Source: an archaeon (lineage in GTDB: Archaea > Iainarchaeota > Iainarchaeia > Iainarchaeales > 1-14-0-10-31-34). Taken from it: a DNA stretch of 16,463 nucleotides. The translations under genes and the position numbers were made by a program. Every line of letters begins with the position of its first letter. Positions within the stretch are counted from its first letter, which is position 1. The notes beneath the pieces were generated by a model, which saw nothing but the letters and a program-made list of their open reading frames with translations, was not told the origin of the DNA and did no database searches. The stretch spans positions 1-16,463 of the forward strand of contig JBDRFE010000055.1 of the NCBI GenBank assembly GCA_043819075.1, given 5' to 3'. Positions 7,604 through 16,277 of this stretch are shown piece after piece.

Positions 7604-8544
7604 TGACTGAAAAAGTTTTCTGGAAAAGCGCGCTGAAAGCCAGTGCACTAATGTATTTTGTTATTGGAATGATTACAACACTGATTTTAATTCTGTTTTT
7701 TAATGACAGGTTGGAAAACATGGTAATGTCAATGATAAATAACAAGGAAGCATTTGAGGCAACATTCTTTCCAATGGCAATATTACACATTCTATTAATT
7801 TTTTCATGGATTGCATTCGCTTTTATATACAAAAAGCTTCCCACTCAAAAAACAATTTGGAAAGTGTTCCTGTTCAACTTGATTCTGACAGGAATTGAAC
7901 TTACGCTCATTAACGTATTTCAAATAAAAGAAGTGGACGCATTAAGCGAAATATTTGTTGGTTTAGACGATTGTTGTCTGATGTATATTCCAGTGATTCT
8001 TTTAACGACAATAATGTTTGCATACTTTTTTGATTTCTTTAAAAAAAGAGAGGAAAAAGAGACTTCAGGAGAAACAAAAAACAAGCTTGCTTCAATTCCA
8101 AGAAGATTACTGGCATATATAATTGATTCAATAATACTGCTAATAATCGCCGCAATAATTTCATTTGTTATATCATCAGTTGCAACCAGTATAGTGTTTA
8201 ATTCAAACATTGAACTAAGTTACGTTGGAGTAATAACTTTAATGTCATTTTGCACTGTGATTACACAAATGATTTACTGGACTGTATTAGAAGGAAAGTT
8301 TGGTGCAAGCATTGGAAAAAAGATTTTAAAAATGAAAGTTGTAAAAGAAAATGGACAAGAAATAGACTACATTGACGCATTCTTTAGGAACATCACAAAA
8401 TTTGCGGACAACCTGCTGTTTTTCCTGCCAATAGATATATTGACTGTTTTTGCGACAAAAAACAAGCAGAGATTTTTTGACAAAGTTGCTGGAACAATTG
8501 TAGTTAGAACTGACTTAAAAGAAAAAAAGGAGGAAACAAAATGA
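7603..8544 (+). CDS. RDD-family integral membrane protein with an extra N-terminal multi-TM domain, 313 aa
   Basis: RDD signature ASIPRRLLAYIID...YWTVLEGKFGASIGKKILKMKVV...AFFRN...KQRFFDKVAGTIVV, plus about four N-terminal TM helices. Start placed at ATG 7603 (TAATG overlap, AGGAGA RBS) rather than 7552. Confidence 0.9.
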   Translation: MTEKVFWKSALKASALMYFVIGMITTLILILFFNDRLENMVMSMINNKEAFEATFFPMAILHILLIFSWIAFAFIYKKLPTQKTIWKVFLFNLILTGIELTLINVFQIKEVDALSEIFVGLDDCCLMYIPVILLTTIMFAYFFDFFKKREEKETSGETKNKLASIPRRLLAYIIDSIILLIIAAIISFVISSVATSIVFNSNIELSYVGVITLMSFCTVITQMIYWTVLEGKFGASIGKKILKMKVVKENGQEIDYIDAFFRNITKFADNLLFFLPIDILTVFATKNKQRFFDKVAGTIVVRTDLKEKKEETK

Positions 8545-11500
8545 ATTCAAAAACCCTTGTTTTCTTTTTTATTGCAGTAATTTTAATCCAGACAGTTTAC
8601 CCTGTAACGCTTTCAACTGAAAAAACTTCAGTGAATTACAGTGTTTCAGAAAAAATTCACCCTGAACTGGCAGCAGAAATCAATAAAATTGATGGCTTGA
8701 CAGAAAAAGTTTTGATTGAAGTCTCAGACGAAAAAGCATTAAAACAGGTTTCATTGCTGGCAAAAAATTTGAATGGAAAAAACATTCAAGAATTTAAAAC
8801 AGGAAAAATTGTTGTTGCAGAAATGCCAAAAAACAAAATAAACGAATTAGCCTTAAACACTGGAATAACAAAAATTTTTCCTGACAGAGAAATAAAAGCC
8901 GCATTAAATGAAGCAATACCACAAATAAATGCTCCAACTGCATGGAGTTATGGTTTCACTGGAAAAGGAATCAAAATAGCCGTATTAGATTCAGGAATTG
9001 ATTCAACTCATTTAATGCTTGAAGGAAAAATAATTGAAGCAAAAGATTTTACTTCAAGCAATTCAGTTGAAGACTTGTTTGGGCATGGAACACATGTAGC
9101 AGGAATAATTGCTGGAACAACAGAAAACGGGGGAACATACAATGGAGTTGCACCAGACGCATTATTGTTGAATGGAAAAGTATTGAATGACAACGGAATT
9201 GGGTCAACTACAACAGTTATTGCAGGAATTAACTGGGCAACAGACCCAGACGGAAACCCTGAAACAAATGATGGAGCAGACATAATTAACTTGTCTTTGG
9301 GGGCAGCTTTCTCTGACGTAAATGACCCAATTAATTTGGCAATAAAAGATGCAGTGGAAAAAGGAATTGTTATAGTGGCTGCAGCAGGAAACTGCGGAAC
9401 AAGCTGTCCAAGCATTACCTGCGGTTCATTCAGAGGCATTGGAGTTCCAGGAGACAGCCCTGACGCAATAACTGTTGGAGCAATAGACAAGCAAAATAAC
9501 TGGAGTTGTTTTTCTGCCGGAGAAAATGTTCAGGGAATAATTAAGCCAGATGTTGTTGCTTTTGGAACAGGAATTAATTCTTCTGTTCCAAACGGTTATG
9601 CAGTGAAAAGCGGGACTTCAATGAGTACACCATTTGTTTCCGGTGCAGCTGCTTTAATGCTTGAAGCAAACCCTTTAATGCCCTCAAAAGAAATAAAGCA
9701 ATGGCTTGAAATGCATGCACTTGATTTAGGTGTTGCAGGAAAAGACGAAAAATTTGGTTCAGGTTTAATTGATTTAAGCAATATTAATAAAATTCTGGTT
9801 AACGAAAACCAGGCGCCTGTATTCAATTCAGTGAACATAGCAAACAATGTTTTGCTGGAACACAGTGTTGAAATTGTTGCAAATGTTTCTGATAATGGAA
9901 TTGTACAAGAAGTGAAAGCAATAATATTAAATCCTTTAAACCAGAAAACAGAATTAAATTTAGTTAAATCAAACAACGATTTTTGGTCAGCAACTTTTTT
10001 TAATTCAAATGAAAAAGGAAGTTATTTAGTTGAATTAAGAGCAGTGGATGACACAGGCTTTGAAACAATAATTAATCTTTCATTTAATGTCGTGGAATCC
10101 ATTAATGACTCAAATCACGCTGACTTAAATTTCACTGGAACACAAACAGAGTTTTCGGTTCCGGATTCAATAATAAAAGAAACACAAGGCTTAGTTTCAT
10201 TAAACTTGTTTTTGGTTGCTCCTTCAGCGTTAGCAGATGATATTCCGCCACAGGACACTACAGTGGAATTTTATGTAAGGGATTTCGCAGGAAACATAAC
10301 TGAAAAAGAATTTGTTGGCCCAATAGAGGTTCCGGTGAACAAACACATTGACTTCAATTACTATTGGACTTCTTCTGTGGTAAATGACTACAATATCGGG
10401 GCAATTGTTTTTACTGAAGGAATTCAAGCCGGAATAAACGAGAAATCAACTGTTGTAACTGTGCTTCAAGACAGCGCTGAAATAACTTATTTTGGCTTAG
10501 GAGAAGAAAACATTATTGAAAGAGGGACAGCACAGCATTACATTGTTAATGCAAAAAATGATTCCAATATTTCCCTGAATTCTTTTATTGAAATCCTTTA
10601 CTTTGACTCAAACAACAATGTAGTTCATTCAATTGCAAGCAACAAAATTGTAATTGAACCAAATTCAACTCACTTATTTGATGTGAATGAAAGAGTTTTG
10701 CTTAAGCCTGGAAACTATGAATTAAATGTAATACTTCATTTTGAAGACAAAACTGATTTAATTAATCCTGTTCAGGTTACAGTTTTTGTTCCAGAAACAG
10801 GTTTTATTGATTCAGTTGAAGTTCCACAAGAAGTTTCAGTTGACGAAAACCTTTCAGTAACAGTTAGCTTTGGAAACAACGGAGTGCTTGAAATTAACCC
10901 GGTTTTTTTTGCTGAAATTCTTGACAAAAACCAAACTGTCGGCGTACTGAATTTTGGCGGAGAAGACGTTAACTCTGGTTTAATACAAGAGTTCACCGCA
11001 GCCTGGCCTGCTGAAGTTAAGGCAGGAAACTATGAAATAAAATTAACTGCAGCGTATGCAGGGCACAAAATAAGTGATGTAAAAAACTTTAATGTAATTG
11101 ACGACAAAAGCCCTGTTCTTGAAGGCATTTCATTCAAAGACAGTGTAATGCAAAACCAGCCAATGTTAATTGAAGCTTCATTCAATGATTCAAGCGATTT
11201 AAATGTTAATATTTCTGTTGCAGGAAACATTCATTCAATGAAAAAAGTTTTTTTTGCAGGAAACGATTCAAACTGGAATTACAGTTTTTATAGTGCTAAT
11301 GCTGGAAACCATTCTTTCCAGATAACAGCCTGCGATGAATTCGGCAACTGTTTTATCTCCCCAGAATACTCCTTTACTGTAAACCAGTTGCCTGCAGGCT
11401 GTAATGGAAAAAAAGTTTTGCTTGCAGAAAGAGAAGAAGATTTTGCGTCTCTTTTGCCTGATTACTGTACAACAACATGGTCATTAAATGAAAACGGTTC

Positions 11501-14039
11501 TCTTTCAATTGAATACCTGAATGAATTTGATGCAGTTGTCTGGAGTGAAGACAACAAAATTAATCCAGTGAATGAAAGCCAGGCAGAAGCATTAACTCAG
11601 TTTGTTTCAGGCGGAGGAAAACTCTTATTGGAAGGAAGCGATATTGCTTTCAGCCACTTTGACGACAACTTTATGCAGTTTGCAGTTCATGCAACACTTT
11701 TATCTGATATGGTTTTAGATGAAAACTCAAATGAAAAAATAATTGTTTCAGCAAAACATCCAATAACAAGTTCATTCAGTGAGCTAAGTTTTAACCAAGA
11801 ATTTTCTGTTTTCCCTGACTCCGTAATGCCGGTAAACTCAGCACAATCTATTGCTGAATGGAGTTCAGGGGGAACAGCAATAACTTTATTCAATGACTTT
11901 AATGGAAGCCAAGCAAAAACCTTGTTTTTTGCATTCACCTTGAATGCATTAAATGAAACACAAAAAGAAACACTATTGAATAACAGTATTAGCTGGCTGT
12001 TAGAACAATCTTCACTTGATTTAAGTGTAACTGAAATAAGTTTACCTGAATTCGTTGTGGAAGAAACTGAAGTGCCTGTAACAATTGAAATAGAGTCACA
12101 AGATAATTCAATAAAAGAAGTAAGAATCTATGTCGATGGAATTGTCAAACAGATAGTCCACACCCCTGTTAATATAGTTACCCAAACACTAAGTTTCAGC
12201 AAAGGCGTTCACACCATTAAAGTTTTTATTAACCCGTCTTTTTCAGTAAAAGAAAAAAATTATTTGAATAATTCACTGGAAAAAGAAATTCTTGTTGCTC
12301 CAGCACAAGCAGACTTAACTGTAAAATCAATTACAGTTACAACAGCAGAGTATACTACAATAACTGCTGAAATAAAAAATATTGGCGGAACAACAGCAAA
12401 CACAGTAAATGGAACAGCAACTACAGCAAATAATACTCCAATTGAAGAAGTGTGCAACAACATAACAAAAATAGATGAACCACAAGAAACAACAGGCAAT
12501 GCAGTCATTCAAGTATTTTATGACAACAAAAAAATTCATGAAGAAAAAGCTTTAATTAACTCAAATACAAGCAAAACAATAACTGCAACAACGCCAAAAC
12601 AAACAGGAATTCATTTAATTGAAGTCAAAGTCAATCCAAACCAAACTATTTTAGAAGCAGATTATTCAAACAACAGCCTTTCAAAAGAGTATTATCTATG
12701 CAATAAATCAAGTATTTTTGTGGTAAACGATAATGACACAGAAAATTCAGTTCAAATACCTGAAAGCATTGAAACAATACAAGAAATACTGAAAAACAAC
12801 AGTTACTGCTATGAAATATGGAACGAAAAACAACAAGGAGTTCCTTCACTGCAACACTTAAATGAATTTGAATTAATTGTTTGGAGTGCAGGAAACAATT
12901 GGAATACTGTAATAGATGAAAACGATGCATTATTGCTTGAACAATTCAACGGAAACATTATTTTTGAAGGAGCTGATATAGCTTTTGACCACTCAGATGA
13001 TGTTCTTATCCAAGCAAAACTGCACGCCTCACTAGACAAAGACTTAATTGCAGGCGCACAAGAAGGATTAATTCTAACACAGCACAGAATATTATACAAC
13101 ATTAACCAAATTACAATAGATGGAAATCTCTCTCCTTATCCTGACTCACTTAATCCATTAAATGCAGTCAGTTTAGCTGAATGGCAGAATGCAAACACCG
13201 CAATCCTTGCATTCACTGACCCAAATTACGGAGTATTTTATGGTTTTTCATTGAATTCAATTTCAGACGCTAATTCAAGAGAAAAACTTTTGGTGAACTC
13301 AATTGAATGGATTAGAGAGTCAGCTTCACCTTTTTCTCAAACAATGAATTTATCAAGCCAGAAACTGGTTTCATTTAATGTTTTACCAGATGACTCTTCA
13401 ATTGAAAACGTGTTTTACGGCCAGCTTGAAAACATTGAATTCATTAAAACAGGAGATTTTTCTGAACAAAAAATTTTTGTGCCAGACAGCAACTCAAACA
13501 CTTTAACTGAATTAGAATTCAATAAAAGTTATTTAATTAAGCCAGTGAATGACACGAATTTCAGCTTTAAAGGTTTTTTGATGCCAGATAATTTGACTGT
13601 TCAGCTAAAAACTTTTTCTCATGGAGGAAAATTCAATTACTTTGGTTACCCTTATACAACAGTTAAAAGCAATTTCAAAAAATTTTTTGCGCCAATTCTG
13701 GATAAAATAATTTTTGCAATGGATGAAAAAGGAGGCAGTTATTTTCCTGGAATAAGTGATTCAATTCAGGAATTAGAGCCAGGGCAAGGCTACAAAATTC
13801 AGGTCAGCGAACCAGTTGAATTCGTTTACCCAAAGCTTTGCTCTGACGGAACAGTTTCAGGTTACTGTTCTGGTTTTGCTTTTTGTGATGAAGGAACATT
13901 TACTTCCACTAAATGCGATGTCTGCGGCTGTCCCACAGGAAAAACCTGCCAGAAAATAAACAATTTAATGCAGTGCACTGGTGAAGGAAAAATTTTGCCG
14001 GAAAAAACTGCTTCAAACAGTTCAATTTCAATTGACTAA
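8541..14039 (+). CDS. Large secreted S8 (subtilisin-like) serine protease with Ig-like/CARDB and duplicated class I GATase-like domains, 1832 aa
   Basis: Signal peptide and prodomain. Catalytic motifs IAVLDSGID (D150), GHGTHVAGIIA (H182), AAAGN and SGTSMSTPFVSG (S360). CARDB-like motifs (DLSVTEI...EKNYLNN; DLTVKSI...IKNIG...VNPNQTILEADYSNN). Cys-rich C-terminus. ATGA overlap with a GGAGG RBS. Confidence 0.95.
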   Translation: MNSKTLVFFFIAVILIQTVYPVTLSTEKTSVNYSVSEKIHPELAAEINKIDGLTEKVLIEVSDEKALKQVSLLAKNLNGKNIQEFKTGKIVVAEMPKNKINELALNTGITKIFPDREIKAALNEAIPQINAPTAWSYGFTGKGIKIAVLDSGIDSTHLMLEGKIIEAKDFTSSNSVEDLFGHGTHVAGIIAGTTENGGTYNGVAPDALLLNGKVLNDNGIGSTTTVIAGINWATDPDGNPETNDGADIINLSLGAAFSDVNDPINLAIKDAVEKGIVIVAAAGNCGTSCPSITCGSFRGIGVPGDSPDAITVGAIDKQNNWSCFSAGENVQGIIKPDVVAFGTGINSSVPNGYAVKSGTSMSTPFVSGAAALMLEANPLMPSKEIKQWLEMHALDLGVAGKDEKFGSGLIDLSNINKILVNENQAPVFNSVNIANNVLLEHSVEIVANVSDNGIVQEVKAIILNPLNQKTELNLVKSNNDFWSATFFNSNEKGSYLVELRAVDDTGFETIINLSFNVVESINDSNHADLNFTGTQTEFSVPDSIIKETQGLVSLNLFLVAPSALADDIPPQDTTVEFYVRDFAGNITEKEFVGPIEVPVNKHIDFNYYWTSSVVNDYNIGAIVFTEGIQAGINEKSTVVTVLQDSAEITYFGLGEENIIERGTAQHYIVNAKNDSNISLNSFIEILYFDSNNNVVHSIASNKIVIEPNSTHLFDVNERVLLKPGNYELNVILHFEDKTDLINPVQVTVFVPETGFIDSVEVPQEVSVDENLSVTVSFGNNGVLEINPVFFAEILDKNQTVGVLNFGGEDVNSGLIQEFTAAWPAEVKAGNYEIKLTAAYAGHKISDVKNFNVIDDKSPVLEGISFKDSVMQNQPMLIEASFNDSSDLNVNISVAGNIHSMKKVFFAGNDSNWNYSFYSANAGNHSFQITACDEFGNCFISPEYSFTVNQLPAGCNGKKVLLAEREEDFASLLPDYCTTTWSLNENGSLSIEYLNEFDAVVWSEDNKINPVNESQAEALTQFVSGGGKLLLEGSDIAFSHFDDNFMQFAVHATLLSDMVLDENSNEKIIVSAKHPITSSFSELSFNQEFSVFPDSVMPVNSAQSIAEWSSGGTAITLFNDFNGSQAKTLFFAFTLNALNETQKETLLNNSISWLLEQSSLDLSVTEISLPEFVVEETEVPVTIEIESQDNSIKEVRIYVDGIVKQIVHTPVNIVTQTLSFSKGVHTIKVFINPSFSVKEKNYLNNSLEKEILVAPAQADLTVKSITVTTAEYTTITAEIKNIGGTTANTVNGTATTANNTPIEEVCNNITKIDEPQETTGNAVIQVFYDNKKIHEEKALINSNTSKTITATTPKQTGIHLIEVKVNPNQTILEADYSNNSLSKEYYLCNKSSIFVVNDNDTENSVQIPESIETIQEILKNNSYCYEIWNEKQQGVPSLQHLNEFELIVWSAGNNWNTVIDENDALLLEQFNGNIIFEGADIAFDHSDDVLIQAKLHASLDKDLIAGAQEGLILTQHRILYNINQITIDGNLSPYPDSLNPLNAVSLAEWQNANTAILAFTDPNYGVFYGFSLNSISDANSREKLLVNSIEWIRESASPFSQTMNLSSQKLVSFNVLPDDSSIENVFYGQLENIEFIKTGDFSEQKIFVPDSNSNTLTELEFNKSYLIKPVNDTNFSFKGFLMPDNLTVQLKTFSHGGKFNYFGYPYTTVKSNFKKFFAPILDKIIFAMDEKGGSYFPGISDSIQELEPGQGYKIQVSEPVEFVYPKLCSDGTVSGYCSGFAFCDEGTFTSTKCDVCGCPTGKTCQKINNLMQCTGEGKILPEKTASNSSISID

Positions 14040-14089
14040 AATAGTGTGATTCAATTTGAAGCAAAAACCACTGAATGAAACTGAATTAG

Positions 14090-14296
14090 TTAACAGAAAT
14101 TCACCAAAAACAAGCAATAAAGCTCATAATGCATGATTTGCCATTTTTCTGTCTTAAAGCCGCAGTACTGACAAGGGTAGTCATCTCTTTCAAGTATTTT
14201 CAGGCGGGTTTGCTTCCATTTTTCCCTGCTCGTCCAGTCAGGTGTTACTGTTTTTCAGATATTAGGGTCTGCAAATAAGGGAAACAGTTTTTTCAT
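14090..14296 (-). pseudogene. HNH endonuclease pseudogene (internal stop and truncated); not in the supplied ORF track
   Basis: From ATG 14296 with a GGTGA RBS: MKKLFPLFADPNI*KTVTPDWTSREKWKQTRLKILERDDYPCQYCGFKTEKWQIMH. W..TR..ILERD.Y.C.YCG is the typical HNH zinc-finger entry. There is an in-frame TGA at 14255-14257, and similarity is lost after the first His (14129-14131). Confidence 0.75.
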
Positions 14297-14302
14297 TATT
14301 TT

Positions 14303-14437
14303 TCACCGGTTACCCCTCATAAATTTTTCCAAAAACCCGTCATTTTGGACTGCTTTGAATATTGTGGTTTTTCTTGTTTTTGTTTTGAATGTGATTTCTA
14401 TTAAAATGTTGTCAAAAGACAATTTTTCAGGATTCAT
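14303..14437 (-). CDS. 44-aa ORF or gene remnant between abiEii and the HNH pseudogene
   Basis: MNPEKLSFDNILIEITFKTKTRKTTIFKAVQNDGFLEKFMRGNR*. It starts 4 nt after the abiEii stop and ends 6 nt before the HNH ATG, filling the gap. No recognisable motif. Confidence 0.35.
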   Translation of the reverse strand: MNPEKLSFDNILIEITFKTKTRKTTIFKAVQNDGFLEKFMRGNR

Positions 14438-14441
14438 GCAA

Positions 14442-15374
14442 TCAGCCCTTTTTGCTGGCTTTAGCCCTTGCTTCTTCAGCTAATTCGTTCAATTCTTTGA
14501 GTGTTTTGTCTGCGAATGTTTCAAATCCCCTGCCGGTTTCCTCCATCATCAGGCGTTCTTCTTCTCCGAGCTTGAATTTTTCTTCAAATTTCTTGTTTTT
14601 CAGGTTTTCCCCGTATTTGAGGTATTTGAGCATGAATTCGGTTTTTTCAATTGCCATCATCTTCACTGCTTTTATTGTAGCTCCTTTTGTGGCCAGATAG
14701 TGTAAATCAACGATGTCTCTTGCCTTGAACCCTCTTCTTGTCAGCAAGGCCCTTATCTTCTCTGCTGCGATTTCTTTGAGGTCATAACAGTAGAATGTTG
14801 GGGCTTGGACGGCCATTGCAGCATATTTTGGGTAAAGGTACTTGAAGTCTTCAGCGTGTTTTTCGGCTATTGCTTTTAGTTTGTGCTTTTTTGGCTTGAG
14901 AAATATTTTGTCAACAAAATTAAGCTGTATTTTTATGAATGTTTTTCTTTCTTCAGTAGTTGGCAAATACCATAGTTTGAATGTTGCGAACCTGTTGCTT
15001 CCGCCAAGCTGTACATAATGCCTGTCTGATTTCACTGGCTTGAATTCCAATTCAAGTTCTTTTGCTGCTTTTTCAATTATTTCCATTATTTTGTTGATTT
15101 CTTTTGAAAGCATTTTTCTTATCTGTTTTTCTGATTTGCCTTCAAACGCTTTCTGGTTTATCCAGGTAAAATCAAGGTCTTCCGAAAAACGGTAATAGCC
15201 AAAATATGCTTTGGTAAGACAGGTCCCGCCTTTGAAAACAAAGTTTTCGGAGAAGTATCTTGGTTTTGAAAGCTGCAACAGCAGGCCTTGCAGTAAGAGA
15301 TCTTTTTCAATTAACTGGCTGCTCTTTATTTGGAGTTTTTCTGACAGCCAGTTTAATGTTTCTTCTTCAATCAT
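14442..15374 (-). CDS. abiEii: AbiEii/AbiGii-family nucleotidyltransferase toxin (type IV TA), 310 aa
   Basis: IEKD..L, VFKGGTCLTKAY.GYYRFSEDLDF, EIAAEKIRALLTR and ARDIVDL motifs. Confidence 0.93.
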   Translation of the reverse strand: MIEEETLNWLSEKLQIKSSQLIEKDLLLQGLLLQLSKPRYFSENFVFKGGTCLTKAYFGYYRFSEDLDFTWINQKAFEGKSEKQIRKMLSKEINKIMEIIEKAAKELELEFKPVKSDRHYVQLGGSNRFATFKLWYLPTTEERKTFIKIQLNFVDKIFLKPKKHKLKAIAEKHAEDFKYLYPKYAAMAVQAPTFYCYDLKEIAAEKIRALLTRRGFKARDIVDLHYLATKGATIKAVKMMAIEKTEFMLKYLKYGENLKNKKFEEKFKLGEEERLMMEETGRGFETFADKTLKELNELAEEARAKASKKG

Positions 15375-16003
15375 TTCAATTCCTCTAAAACGCTTCTTGC
15401 CGATTTGCTGTAGTGTCTTGAGTATTTTTTCATTTTGTTTTTGTCTGCTTCATCAGCCCATTCAATTACATAATCCCTTACTGCTTTGTTGCTTTCCCCA
15501 GAGTATTTGCGTATGTGAATTATGTCAAGGATTGTTTTCTCCAAGTCTGAATAAGGCGTGTTTTTGGTTTTCTTTATCCCAAATCCAAAGAGTTTCTTGT
15601 TTAATTTCACGAACTTAACTTTTCTTCCAAGAATCTCAAATGGTTTTGCCCTGAATATTTTGTCTGAAACAATGTAATCAATTGTAAAAAACTCGTGAGT
15701 AATGTTGTTCAGCTTTATTGCACTCTCCAGCCCAAAATACCAGTTTTTTACTTTTTTGTATTCCATTGCTTTAGAGATTGCTTCGTAAAAGTTTGGGCCG
15801 CCTGTTTTGTATTTCCTTTCTTCCACTGTTGGAATATAGAAGAATCCTCTTACAATTCGCTTTAGATAGTTGTAGAGATACAGGTATTTGATTGCTTTTT
15901 TGTATGGCATTCCAAGCTCGGCACACTCTTCTTTTATCTCCTCGCTTGAAATATAGCGGTCTTTTCTCAGCAAGAGTTTCCTTACAAAAAGCCCATATTT
16001 CAT
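15371..16003 (-). CDS. abiEi: AbiEi-family antitoxin/transcriptional regulator (type IV TA), 210 aa
   Basis: wHTH-like N-terminus (YLKRIVRGFFYI), WYFGLESA motif and YSDLEKTILDII. Four-nt ATGA overlap with abiEii. Confidence 0.85.
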   Translation of the reverse strand: MKYGLFVRKLLLRKDRYISSEEIKEECAELGMPYKKAIKYLYLYNYLKRIVRGFFYIPTVEERKYKTGGPNFYEAISKAMEYKKVKNWYFGLESAIKLNNITHEFFTIDYIVSDKIFRAKPFEILGRKVKFVKLNKKLFGFGIKKTKNTPYSDLEKTILDIIHIRKYSGESNKAVRDYVIEWADEADKNKMKKYSRHYSKSARSVLEELK

Positions 16004-16007
16004 TTAT

Positions 16008-16052
16008 ATCACTATTCTATTATTATGATAGAATTATAATATAAATTTATCG
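16008..16052 (-). promoter_or_regulatory. abiEi promoter with a palindromic candidate operator
   Basis: On the - strand: CGATAAA-TTTATATT (BRE/TATA-like, TATA at 16045-16038), the palindrome ATTCTAT-N7-ATAGAAT (16014-16034), and a GTGAT RBS (16012-16008). Confidence 0.6.
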
Positions 16053-16277
16053 GCTTGCTAAAGCGGTGTTAGGCGGATAATTTGTTAAACAGGCATTAGC
16101 CTAATTATTCTTGTCGAATATAACAATGAAAAAAAAGCCGGCCACAATAATGGCAGCTTATATAAGGATAAATTTACAAATAATTGGCCTTACAGGCCAT
16201 TACTATGAAAAAGGATGTTTTATCACTCCAATACAACAATACTGTTATCCGGGAGTGACGCAAGCAAATCAACTGGC

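Noticed and set aside
1081..14153. 14-bp exact direct repeat GCCATTTTTCTGTC at 1081-1094 and 14140-14153, flanking the whole operon like att sites or a target-site duplication
   Set aside because: A few 14-mer matches are expected by chance in 16 kb of AT-rich DNA. There is no integrase, transposase or tRNA in the window, and the right copy lies inside the HNH remnant. Worth a glance in comparative data, but not supportable here.
277..15618. Remaining short antisense or nested ORFs in the track (e.g. 277-684, 3904-4251, 3907-4167, 9008-9490, 9596-9976, 14452-14700, 15211-15618)
   Set aside because: They lie within or opposite well-supported genes and show no motifs of their own.
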